A stretch of DNA of 64,000 bases, taken from the NCBI GenBank assembly GCA_016748015.1, contig JAAOMT010000608.1, positions 197,898 through 261,897 on the forward strand, in the 5' to 3' direction. The first letter of the stretch is position 1, and each line of letters begins with the position of its first letter. The notes under the pieces are model-generated. The model saw only the letters and a program-made list of their open reading frames with translations, ran no database searches and was not told where the DNA came from. Position numbers and translations under genes: made by a program. Below are positions 41,432 through 53,180 of the stretch, piece by piece. Source of the stretch: Geosiphon pyriformis uo1. Lineage: Eukaryota; Fungi; Glomeromycota.

Positions 41432-43376
41432 TATTATTATTATTATAATTATTTTCTTTTAACCAAGAAATGGTTTAGTAACTTTGTTTTTTTAATAGAT
41501 ATTTGATTTTCCACATGATTTAAAAATTCTTCAATCATTTGCCACAACAAACCGGAAGTCTTAAATCATAATATTATTCAACAAATGATATTGCAAAATT
41601 CTGTTGATCATGATGATTACATTTTTTTATTTTTCCGACAAGCTTTAAATTTAAAAATTAACTATTTTTCAAATAAAAGAGTATTTCATTAAAGAAGAAG
41701 AATTAATTTCGATAAAATTTAACAGTTTTTTTTTTTCAATATTTAACTTATTTTGAATTAATCTTTTAAATACAAATGTATATCTATTAAAACAAAAATC
41801 AAATTTTCCTTTTGATAATATATATTATGTAATATTCTGGAATTATATAAATTAATTTATTAACAGATTATCAGAAATTTATTATTTTATCATATTTATT
41901 ATACAAGTTTCTATTTTTCTTTAATATGAAGCAAAATAATTTATTATTTTAAAATGTGAATGGTATTTTAATGTTAAGTAAGATGTATGCAACCACCATT
42001 TATCACCAAAATTTTCCAAAAATTCATTTTATAAATAAGAATAATTTTTATTAAAGACATAATTTTTTTCAAAAAAGTACAATAAAATAAATTGAATAAA
42101 AATTTTATTTTATTTTCTTGAATTTATGTCATTTAAAAGTTCTAAAATCTAGGTATTTAAATTTTTCAAGTTTTAAGTTATCAATATAGCCTTTTAAAAC
42201 TCATCTTTTATGTGATTAGTGTAAAAGAAAAATTATTTCAAATAAATAAAATATATTATTATTATTATTATTATTATAATTTTAAAATTAATCTTGTGTC
42301 TGGCAGCTATAAAAAATAGCCATCTTAACTTGTAGCTAAATCTGATTATGATATTTATTTATATTCACGTATTTTGGTAAACTTTCATTAAATCGATTAA
42401 AAAACTTTACGAATTTTTAAGTAATTTTTGTTTACTTTTTTCCCTTTAATTACTTTGATTGTTTTTTCTATAAATATCTCAATTTAACTGACGCTAGGTT
42501 TGAATTAACTATCAATTTTCCGAGTGTTAATATCATCGGACTCATTCCTGTAAATCATATTTAAACTTAATAAATAAGTCAGAGTAATTTCGTTACATAT
42601 GGAATTCTAACCCAAATTTAATTGAGGGATTATTATTAAATTTTTTGAAGCCATGCTCGAAAGCCTAACTTTCCATATTCACCAATTGAGTTTAATAATA
42701 ATTAGATATTTTGACATTTTGATCAGAATTTCATTGGGAACACTTATAGATTGATCTCGCATTTATCACAATTGAGGTTTTTTTAGTTGCAAAGATTTGG
42801 TGTGAAAAAAGTATGTACGCTTAATTTTCAAAGTTTTAGGATTATAAAATGAGGTTGTGTGAAACGTGAAAACTATCCAAATTTAATCTTTAAAAATCTT
42901 TAAAAATTTTTTGTTGAACCAATTATCATTTAAAATTTTTATATATTAATTTCAAAAAATCTTCTTGGACTCATGACTAACGTTCAAATATATTTAATTT
43001 TTGAAATTCAATCGAAAATTTTGCAGCCCAAATAAATTTTGAATTTTCAAAAAGGTTGTCTATTAACAAGAAAATTTCAAAGAAAATATTTGGATTTAGA
43101 TAGTCTTAGTAATTTTAAATAATTCCCTTATTTGGTATCAACTAAATTTTAAGAATTCAAATCAAAAATTCAATCACTTTTTATCAATATATAATTTTAA
43201 CTCTTTATCAAACTCTCAGATTATCTTATTGTAAATTTTGCAGCTTCATTGAGATCTTAAAATGATCTTGAGAAATTAATTTTTCTGTTTTTAAGTTTCA
43301 CTTGAGATTTCAACGATATAAAAAAGGTCTCATATCCTTTCAATTTTGTCATAAAAGTCACATAATAAAATTAATA

Positions 43377-44842
43377 ATGTCTTCCACTAATCAAATAAAG
43401 ATTGGTCCAATTTTAAAGATTTTTACAATAATCATTTTATTTTTTATAGTTGTCTTGTTTCTTGACCAATTTTTTCAACACATCAAAATTCCTGATTATC
43501 AACCAGAGGTCTTTAAAAAGAATCCACACTACAGAGAAAAACGAACACTTCCTGTTAGACCTGATGTGGAAGAAGCTTTCAAGTATTGGGTTAAATATGC
43601 AAAGTAAGAGGACGTTTCATTTTAAAAAGTTTTATCACATAAAAAAGCAAAAAGTTTTGAATCAAATTTCTGAATTTTTCAAATTAGCGCGGCGTATTGT
43701 AATGTAACGAATTGGAAATGTGGTCAAGCGTGTCGTGGAATTACTAGAGATACAAAATTATTGCATTGGTTTCATGAGACGTCTAATAAAGCATATGGTG
43801 AGTTAACTTAACCCTACTTTTGACTTCAAAATTATTATTTTCAAGAGAAATATCATATTACTCATTTGTTAGCTTTTTTAAAGTCGCTGTTAATGATGAA
43901 AAAAAGGCTGTAATTATGTCCTTTAAAGGTTTTGAACTCGAAATTTATTGTTTTTAGTAAAAATCAACTATATATTTGATTAACTATTGTGTTTCTCGAA
44001 AGGAACTTCGGATATCCCATCCGTAATTACAGATTCTAAGGCTAGGTTGTTGAATTATCCTGGAGTTCAAAATGCAAAGGTGCATAGTGGGTAAGTGACA
44101 AAAAAAATTTACTCACTTATCTAAAACTTTTTATTTGAACTTGAAACAAAAAAAATTATTCTTTTCTACAATAAATTTCAAGGTTTTGGGCTACATACCT
44201 TGGGACACGTAATGAAACAGTTGGATTTATTCAAAAAATATTTCCACAATATCGCAATTACACATTTATTTTAACAGGTCATAGTCTTGGAGGAGGTGAG
44301 ATAATTTATAATTCAAAATCTTTGTTTCCTACTTTTTCTTATATTGAAACTTTTATAAATTTTGATTTTATTAGCAATTGCGATTTTACAATTACTTGAC
44401 TTGGTGAATCTTCGTGTGTTCACCCCCAGAAACTTGATAACTTTTACTTATGGACAACCACGGGTTGGAAATGGCGCTTTTGCGAATTATGTCGATTCAA
44501 TAAATTTTCCAATTTTCAGAATTGTCAACAAAAATGATATCGTTCCACATCTTCCACCGTGGACACCAGTTGTCGGATATCGTCATCATTCTCCGGAATT
44601 TTGGATTCAATTGTAAGAATAATTTTTTTATCACTGATCCAGTCTCTTTTGAATTTATTTATTTATTTATTTATTTATTAAATCCATGCAATTTGAACAG
44701 TAACAACACGATGATAGAGTGCACAGGACCAGAAGACTGGCAATGCAGTAAATCACTTTCTCCCAATTTCGATCCCTTTGCACACATGAATTATTTCCAC
44801 ACTGATTTTCTTATTACTTGTTTGGCTCATGAGCGTCATTAG
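43377..44842 (+). CDS. Canonical Rhizopus/Rhizomucor-type class-3 lipase L10 (GHSLGG); ~7 exons
   Basis: Signal-anchor IFTIIILFFIVVLFL; EKR site; YANAAYC..WKCGQAC; SFKGT; AKVHSGF; LTGHSLGG; TYGQPRVGN; RIVNKNDIVPHLPP; HHSPEFW; CSKS...AHMNYF. Confidence 0.93.
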
Positions 44843-45641
44843 TTTAAAGCTCTTAAATATTCATGCAATTTTCACCAACATTCTTGGCGTTTACAGGGAC
44901 TAGCATTCTTATTCAACTTTGAAATTATCGTCGATTTCGCAAAAGAGTTTGGTTAAAATTCATGATATATGCTAATTATAAACTAGACTCAAATTTCTGT
45001 ATGACTAAACTAAAAATGCTGTATTAATAGATAAATTTTAAAATAATAATGATATAAAAAGTATGTGAATAAATATTGTTCATAATTTTAATTTATAAAC
45101 TTTTGATGATTAAACAAATTTATATTAATGATTTTATTTTAAATTGAAAAGAAATTTCAGCTAAATGAGTTGTTTTGTTATTTTTAATTAATCTTTCTGA
45201 GCTTTGATTTTTACTTTAATATTATTGTAGTTTCAATATATCAAAATTCAAAGAAATAACTAGTCAAAAAATTTTTATAATTAAACAAAAATGATACTTT
45301 TAAAATAAACTAGATTTATCAAAGTCAAAAAAATGAAATTTTTTTGAAATTTCATATTCTGCTAAAATTCTCACCTTTGGTTTTCTAATTTGTTCAAACT
45401 CGAATATTTCATGTGTGACAGAGTGGTTTGAACCTTTTTCGTAAAATTATACCGGAAAAATTTTTTTTGCATTTCAGCAAAGTTCACTTGTCGTTAAGAG
45501 AATTGAAATTCGGTTAACTAGCTCAAAACTATCAGAATCATTTCAATTACTTTATCATTGATACATATTACTTGGATTGAATAAGAAATTGTATTATACG
45601 CAATATCAAAACGAAATATATCTATTTTTTGCAATTTCACC

Positions 45642-46467
45642 TTATTTTGAATAATTTAAAAAATGCCTAGCATTATTGTTCAACCTTGAGAAAGTTGGAT
45701 TAAACTTTAAAATTTTGCGGAAATTTAAAAAGAAAGGATGAAAAGGTGAATCATCTTTTTCATATTTCACATTTGTGATTTCTTGTTCTTTTTGTTTATC
45801 GACCATGTAGTCAAGTCGGTCCAAGGCTCTACGATTATCCAATCTAAATTTTCTTCCTTTACCATTAGGGTCAATATCAAGAGCATATCCATCTCCTGCC
45901 ACGCAAACTGCAAGGTTATTATAAAGATTATTAATCAAATAAGTCTACATAATAAAACTAGGGAAAAACTTTTCTTGTGAACGATAAGGCCAATGATCAA
46001 ATATTTTCCCTCAGTATTGCTTTTTACATGGCATGTGGCTCACCTATTTTTCCCATGAAAATTATTCTCCAAACTATTGAATTATTTGGGCATTCTTTAA
46101 AAATAATACCACGCCAGGAATGGTTTCGAATCTTGAAGGAATCACGGCCAATATTGTGTTCAATATCATATTTGTGACGCCTAATCATTTCATTCATAAC
46201 TCTTTGTTCATTCACGTACATTCCTACATCGAAACCTTCTGGTATAAGGGTTGGCAGTTGGGGTTTTATGTATAGTAGTCCGTAGATATTTTTTCCTGCG
46301 AGATTTCGAGGAAAAGGTCGTATTGAAGAAAATTTGCGAATAGTGTGATTTATATCAAAATATTGTATGGTTGTCGGTTTTATTTTTTGTACTTGCTTAG
46401 TTAGAAATGGTTGGCTGGCACTTTTTATATGAAACTTGTTTTGTTTTAAAACCTCTTGGATTACCAT
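45642..46467 (-). CDS. Hypothetical two-exon protein
   Basis: 147-aa ORF ending at a GT donor, acceptor ttgcag near 45910, then VCVAGDGYALDIDPNGKGRKFRLDNRR. Protein-like composition; no family recognised. Confidence 0.5.
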
Positions 46468-46749
46468 GTTCGAAAGAAAATTTGACAGAAAATTTATTAT
46501 CTGCTGTCACAAGAAATTTTTGATCATAAAAATCTTTTTTTGTCCTACGATGATTTCTGACTGTGATAAATTTTGTGATCAATACAGACAATAGACCAGT
46601 CCAGGACCCAAGTACATGTGTAATAGATCGTTTTTAGCCAATAGATACACGTGGGAGACATCCCGAACGGACTCATAAAAGATTGAGTCAAGACGTAATG
46701 TGATGGAGGGACGATCATTAAAACTTCACCATTTGATGCACAACACCAA

Positions 46750-48315
46750 TCAAATTCTGCCCTTTTGAGGAGCACTTAACTCTTTCTCACAACTAGCCAT
46801 TGATATTCCAAAATATGGCCCGAAATGATGCTCAAGAATTTTTATAGGATTCTTATTGATGCATTCCTAAAAAATGACATTCATCAATAAATTAATTGCG
46901 ACTTTTAGATTGATGGAAAAGTTAAATCATTTAAGTATTCTACCTGATTTTCACTTTCTACATCTGCCTTCAATGGATCCTTTACAGGTTGACAAATTAA
47001 AAATTTTCCATTCTGTCCACTGTTCCATATCTCAGTTCCAGCATGTAGATAAGGATCATATCCCGGGCCGATTGGAAGTCTGGGAATAGGATCATTCTGA
47101 TTTGTAAAGCGGGTCACAGTGGCAATCGAGCTCAGATGTTTTGCAAATGCTGCATTACCAATTCGTGGTTTACCGAATGAGAACACAGCTATGATTAAAG
47201 GCCTTTTAAGTCTTTTATGGAGCGAAATTGCAGCGAATTCTGCTGCAACTATTGATTAAAAAATGTTTGAGCTTTGTTTTATTCGACCAAATTTATCAAA
47301 TAAACAAACAGATTAATAGAAATTCAAACAGACTAACCACCACCAAATCCATAACCATAAAATTGAACCGTATTCCATGACGGATGGTTATCAATTTGAT
47401 TCAACAAATCAGGGAGTCCATACGTTTCCCATTCAATATAATGCTCATACAATACTTGGTGTACTTTTGCACCATTTACCCCAGGAAAATCTATCCTTCC
47501 TGAATTTTCCAAAGTCATAAATTCTTTCAAGTTTTCTTCATTTGCTCCGAAACCAACCAGGGCTAATGTATCTGCGGCGTCAGGTAATCCTGCTTTAACG
47601 GTCAAGTAATTTGAATAAAAATTTATCTCAACAAAATCATGCAAGAACCTAATTATGAATTCAAAGTAATCATGAAATACTTACGGTTAGCAAAAAGGAG
47701 TCTGCTGAAAATATACTCAGATGGACTTTTCATACTTTTGCGAATACAGTAGATTTTTTTGGCAGCTTTTGCATATTCTTTGATATATTTTGCTAAAATT
47801 TGTCCTGTAGTTGGATCAAATTCTTTTCCATTGCCCTTGTTATTGTTGAAAACATTATCTGAATATGTATTAAAACCGGGAAGATATCCTTCATCAACAA
47901 TTTGGTCGGCGTTACTAAAATCCCAATTTATTGGAAAGGAACCATTTTGATCTTGGATATCATGAAAGTTGTCTGGAAAGGCAGAATCAATTTCCGTCGG
48001 ATTACTGGCGACTACTTCTCCCTTTGGGTTAAAGATCGCAGTCTCACTAATATCCGGTTGATTATTCATTAAATTAGCTTCTTGATCATTCAAAGATGTA
48101 AAAAAAAGATTTAATTTGGTCTCTTGATTAGGGTGGTATAAATTGAGTCCACTTTTAAACCTTAGTACATCATAAAGCTGAGAGTCATATGTATCTGGCC
48201 AGTTTGAATATTCCAAGATAGGTATTGCTTGAACCAGTAAAAGAAAACAATTTGGATAGAAAATCACGAGGCATATTATCGTATTGGAAATCAAGTTAAA
48301 AATTAATATCGCCAT
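46750..48315 (-). CDS. Class-3 lipase-like protein L11, Ser->Gly (FYGYGFGG); signal peptide and acidic propeptide; 4 exons
   Basis: LLLVQA-IP; AAKKIYC; GAKVHQ; VQFYGYGFGG; FSFGKPRIGN; RFTNQNDPIPRLP; last exon ECINK...HHFGPYFGISMASC. Confidence 0.9.
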
Positions 48316-48817
48316 GAAAAATTTTCACTTAAATATATAAGAAAGCTATTAAAGAAATTAGCAGTTGAAACATTATTTTTAAACATTTCTGATAGATTTC
48401 TAGATAACGAGAGTCAATTCGTAAGTAAATATTTTGATTATTTTTTGATTGGCAAATTTTCTGCCTCATTAGCTAAATTTCTAAATATTTTTAAATAGTT
48501 TCGGAAACGAAAGTTTTAATATTTTTGGACAAAAGCCTATCTTTCTAATTTGAAATGAGGCATAATCAAGTATTCATATTAAAATAATCTTTATGCTCCG
48601 GTTGTTAAGAAAATTTTAATAAGTAAAATATATTATCTTTTAATTTTTAATGAAAGTAATATCTCATATAAATTCACGAATCCGCGATTAAAAGCTGGGA
48701 ATAAAATTTTGATTCAATTATGAAAAAAATAAATAAAGATTTGTTAAAAATGTATTTATTAAGAATGAAATTGATGATCAAGGAAAATTTTATCAAATTA
48801 ACTTTCTACATTATACA

Positions 48818-50075
48818 TTAATCCCGGCTCGCATCTTTGATTGGTTGTGCCCAAACTCGCCGAAAAATCATGTAGCTGTGATATTTGTCCAATTCTTCAA
48901 TAATATCTTGAAAAAAGTTTTCATACTCCTCATTTGTCATGTTTAAGGCAGGCATTAAAAATCCTTTTATCGATTGTCCGTTACGTCGAACATCTCTGGC
49001 ACAAGCTTCACCTAATTTTCCACCCCAAAGGCCAGCGGGGCAATTTTGTTCCTTTATCTCAATTTTCCAGAAAAGTTCCGTTTCTCCGAGCCAGCTTGGT
49101 ATCCGGTTCATAAACTTTTTTTCGAATCCTTTTGTCGGTAGAAATTGTTGCACTTAAATAAAAAAATATAAATTTTGACATTATTTCTCAAATTATAAAT
49201 TGATTTCGAAATATTAAATGAAAACTTTAAAATAATCCTTCTACCAGCTTCTACACCAATGGTCATGAGAGGTCCTTGATTCTGAAAGGTTGCTGGATAA
49301 CCAGCAAGCTCGATGAATCCATTTTCCCTCGTTATTCTTGCTACTTCTTTGAAGATAAATCGATTCCATTCATCAATAGTAAAAGTTGTTCCAAGATTTC
49401 TCAAAAATATGTAATCAAAACTATTATCCTCAAACGGAATTGTTTCATACAGGCCGGCTTGAAAAAATGTTACGTTTGGTGGTTTGATTTGTTCGGGATA
49501 ATTTTTCAGAATGTCGATCCCCACAAAAAAAGAATTTGGATATTCATTTGCCATCTCTAATGTCCAAGTACCTTCTCCACAACTTCAAATGGACATAATA
49601 TCAGAAAAAGATTAACGAGAAATTTGGATAATGATAAAATTAACATACCATAAATCGAGTACTTTGATTCCTTTTTTTAGTCTCTCTTCGATCGGGGCGG
49701 AAAAGTTTGACTGGAAAACAAGTCTATGCAAGTAATGGAGGTCAATCATACCGTCTTGTTCTTGTAAATCATTCTATTATTTTGAAATTGTAATTGTGTT
49801 AACATAAAAAGTGATTAGATTTGATTTTACTTTAGTGAGAAACTTGCCTTATACAAATAGTTTGTATTCTCAGGATTTGAAAATTTTCTTTTTCCAATCA
49901 GTAGGGTATCAAGATTCGATGAATTGTTGATTACTTTTAAATGATTAACTTTTTGGAAAGGGAGATTGTAAAAAGATTATTTGATTTCAGGTGAACTCTA
50001 CCTCAAGATTTAAAAAGTTTTCTAATTATTACCACTATTTCGTTTCGTTCGGATCTTTGTCATCTGGGCACCCAT
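48818..50075 (-). CDS. SAM-dependent methyltransferase (class I, LaeA/TAM-like); ~5 exons
   Basis: LHYLHRLVFQSNFSAPIEERL, KVLDL.CGEGTWTLEMANEYPNSFFVGIDI, IPFEDNSFDYIFLR, LWGGKLGE. Start MGAQMTK is inferred. Confidence 0.88.
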
Positions 50076-52465
50076 TGAGAAAAGCAATCAAAAAATAGAA
50101 ATTATCGGAGTTTCTTTTTAGTTTTGCAATTGAACTTTGATATAAAAAAACCTTTAGCTTCTTTATAGAATTTTGATGAAGTTACGCAAACTCTTACAAA
50201 AATTTTGTCTACTTGGCGCAAATTTCTGTGTTGCTAAGTTATTGTTTGACGAAATCGCGTTATATGAACCGGTTAGAATTTTTGAAGCTAATCTTTTTGA
50301 TAGTCTATTTCGAACAAATCGTTGGCAAAGTTTAAGTTCACGCCAACTTTTATGGTCCGTTCAAATTAAAAAGTTCTTTTTTTAAGTCTTTTTGTAACGA
50401 TGGAGTTGAATGTAACCTTTGAACAAACAAAGACTGAATCTTAAAATGAATTTGTTATCTAAGCATGGCATTAGGTGTGCTACCTTCTTCGGTGAATTTT
50501 TTGCATAAAATTAAAACACAATTTTGGTTTTATTCGTGCGTTGAATAATACAAAAACTTTTAAATTCTTGTACCGAAAAGCAAAAATTTGACAATTTTTT
50601 GTATTCAAGTATCAGTTCATATTTGATTGAGAATTTTTAATTCAGAACTTTTGAGCACCGACTATATCACATGCTTTGCTTTGATCAATCCACTTGAACC
50701 CAAAGGGTTTAAACAATAATTTGGTAATGTTTATGCTTATTACCAATACAAAAACTAATTTAGAAGATTGATATAAAAGATTTAAAAATCAGGGGTCTGA
50801 ATAAAACTGGTTGATGGGTATTGTTTACTTTGAATAATTTTGTGATGACATAATATAACTGTTGAATGAAAATTTCGTTTCAAACACAAAATCAAATTTT
50901 TTGTGTTTTATTGTTTCAATTTAAAATTACATGTATTACAAAAATAGATGTACTTGAATTTTTTTTAATCCAATTGGCAATTTTAATTATAAGTACTTTT
51001 AATAACAAAAAGATCTTAAAGAATTTATTTCACCAATATTTATTATTCAAAATCAAAATGATAATGCATAATTTTTAGTCAAGATTTAGTTCCAATTTTT
51101 AAAAGTAACTCAATAGAATATAATAACTGATTAAGAAATTTTTTCATTTTCTCAAAATGTTTTAAGTAACTAATTTGGAATATGTGAGAGTTTTAAAATC
51201 TTAATGTTTTTGCATTTTGGAATGAAATTTTTATAAAATGATTTTTTAGTTGGGCAAAATAATTAGTTCAATTAAAGAAATAAAAAATTTGAATCATAAT
51301 CTATTTATTTCTTTTATTTCAATTTCAAATAGACATTAATCTTTAAAGACCAAAGTTTTGATCATTTTTGAAAATAATTTTTTTTTGCTTGTTTGGAAAT
51401 CCTGGATATCTTTAACAAATTATCAATAAATTAAGGTTGACATGGGAGAATTCTATTGTTAATATCATGATTTGTGAAAGTGAAAACGTGTTCTTGATTC
51501 TACTTAAAAAAACTATTTTATTATTATTATTTATATTGAGCATCTACATGAAAATGACTAAGCTTAAATATTTAAATTTATATAGATTTTTGGCGTTTTT
51601 CACTTGAAACATCATGATATTCGTGTAATTAAATACAATAGGGCTTTTCATGCAAGATCTGTGTCGTCCGATTTTAGGCTTTCTCTCGTAGGATAAATTA
51701 TTACGGCATGCATGTACAGTATCTGAAATAATACTAAGAAGTGGCAAAAATTGGTTGGTTTAACAAAAAAAATTATTTCATTGTGAATGAAAAAGGAAAT
51801 ATAAAATATACAATCTTTTTGATACAGTTTAATATACATTATATATAAACTGTTAAATTTTCCCAGTCTTTGTTCGAATTTTTGGGAAAAAAGAATTGCA
51901 TAATATGTCATCGGTGAAACTAACTACATGTACATCCATTAAATCTGCATGCCAAGGCATGCTAAATTTGTATGATGATACACAAAATGTAAAAGAACAA
52001 AATGTAATACGAATAAACCGTCCCTAAAAATATTTTTTAAACAGGATTTTTTTTGGTGATTAAACAAGATGATACGCAAACTTAGGGAGATTGAACTCGT
52101 TTCTTTTAATTTTCAGCAAATGCCTCCTCCAATCCTAGATTATACAGTTCAAATAAATTTATTTAGCAAAAAATCATCCATATCTATAGCAGCTCACTAA
52201 CTTGTAAAGGTGTTTAATGCAGGTCATCTCCATAGGTGAATAATAGTTGTAATCATTTAAAAGCCCCATCTAATCATTAATAATTTCCTAAAAAGTATGA
52301 TCTCGTGAGAAGTTGGGCTTAGCAAGTATCCTAAGCATTATCAAAGCCCCTGTGAGAATATTTAAAGTGTATATAAATAATGGTAATGGAGGTAGAGAAA
52401 TACCCCATCTTGAAGCTTTACTTCACATTATTGACTACCTCAAAAATCAATAATACTAACAAAAT

Positions 52466-53047
52466 ATGAATTATTATAAAATGAGTCACATGTCCTCATT
52501 TATCATTTCTGCATTCATTCTTGCATTCATGACAATGATCTTGATCCCAAGGGAGGTTGTTGGATGTGGATGTTACGGTCCAAATTCTTGCACCCCCTCG
52601 GGAAATTGTCCTTATAATCAGGGATTTCCATCTTCTCCATGTTTCTGCGACTGTTGTCCAGTCTGTAATACATGCGATCAACTTTTCCAAGGTTGTGCCG
52701 AAAAGGCCTACTATCAAGTTTATAATCTCACTCTGGATCCACCAATCACACCACCCTTCTTGGTTGCAAAAGTTGGACAACCAATTCAAACTAGAACTGT
52801 CATTTCGCAATCTACTAATAAATGGAGAGCCATACTGAATGGATATGAGTTTTGCATTCGTCCTGAGTTGCCTAAGGGTTTAAAATTTGGATTGAATGAC
52901 ACTACAAGCTCCCCCTCTCAGTATAGTGTTTATCAATTGTCTGGCACCCCAGAGATTATTTCTTCACCTAATACCTATAAAGTCATTTTTAAAGGTAGTG
53001 CAGAGTTATTAAGTACCTTTGAATTTACTCTTGCTGCGGTTTATTAA
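52466..53047 (+). CDS. Intronless secreted protein: Cys-rich N-terminal domain + putative Ig-like (He_PIG-like) domain
   Basis: Clean 193-aa ORF; signal peptide FIISAFILAFMTMILI...VVG; 11 Cys in ~44 aa; C-terminal LPKGLKF...LSGTP...TYKV...FTL pattern; TATA-like tatataaata at ~52370. Confidence 0.85.
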   Translation: MNYYKMSHMSSFIISAFILAFMTMILIPREVVGCGCYGPNSCTPSGNCPYNQGFPSSPCFCDCCPVCNTCDQLFQGCAEKAYYQVYNLTLDPPITPPFLVAKVGQPIQTRTVISQSTNKWRAILNGYEFCIRPELPKGLKFGLNDTTSSPSQYSVYQLSGTPEIISSPNTYKVIFKGSAELLSTFEFTLAAVY

Positions 53048-53086
53048 TTTAGATATAATATTGTTTTGAATAATTTTGGGGCCTGT

Positions 53087-53180
53087 TTCAAATTTGTTTA
53101 TATTTAAATTTGTTTTTATTTAAATTTATTTGTATTTAAATTTGTTTGTATTTAAACTTGTTTGTATTTAAATTTGAATG
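53087..53180. repeat. ~16-bp tandem repeat (TTTAAATTTGTTTGTA-like), about 5-6 copies
   Basis: Directly visible 3' of the Cys-rich gene. Confidence 0.8.

Noticed and set aside
48818-50075. Methyltransferase as part of a biosynthetic cluster, or as laeA itself
   Set aside because: No PKS/NRPS/terpene core gene in the window, and this methyltransferase family is large in these fungi, so no symbol was assigned.
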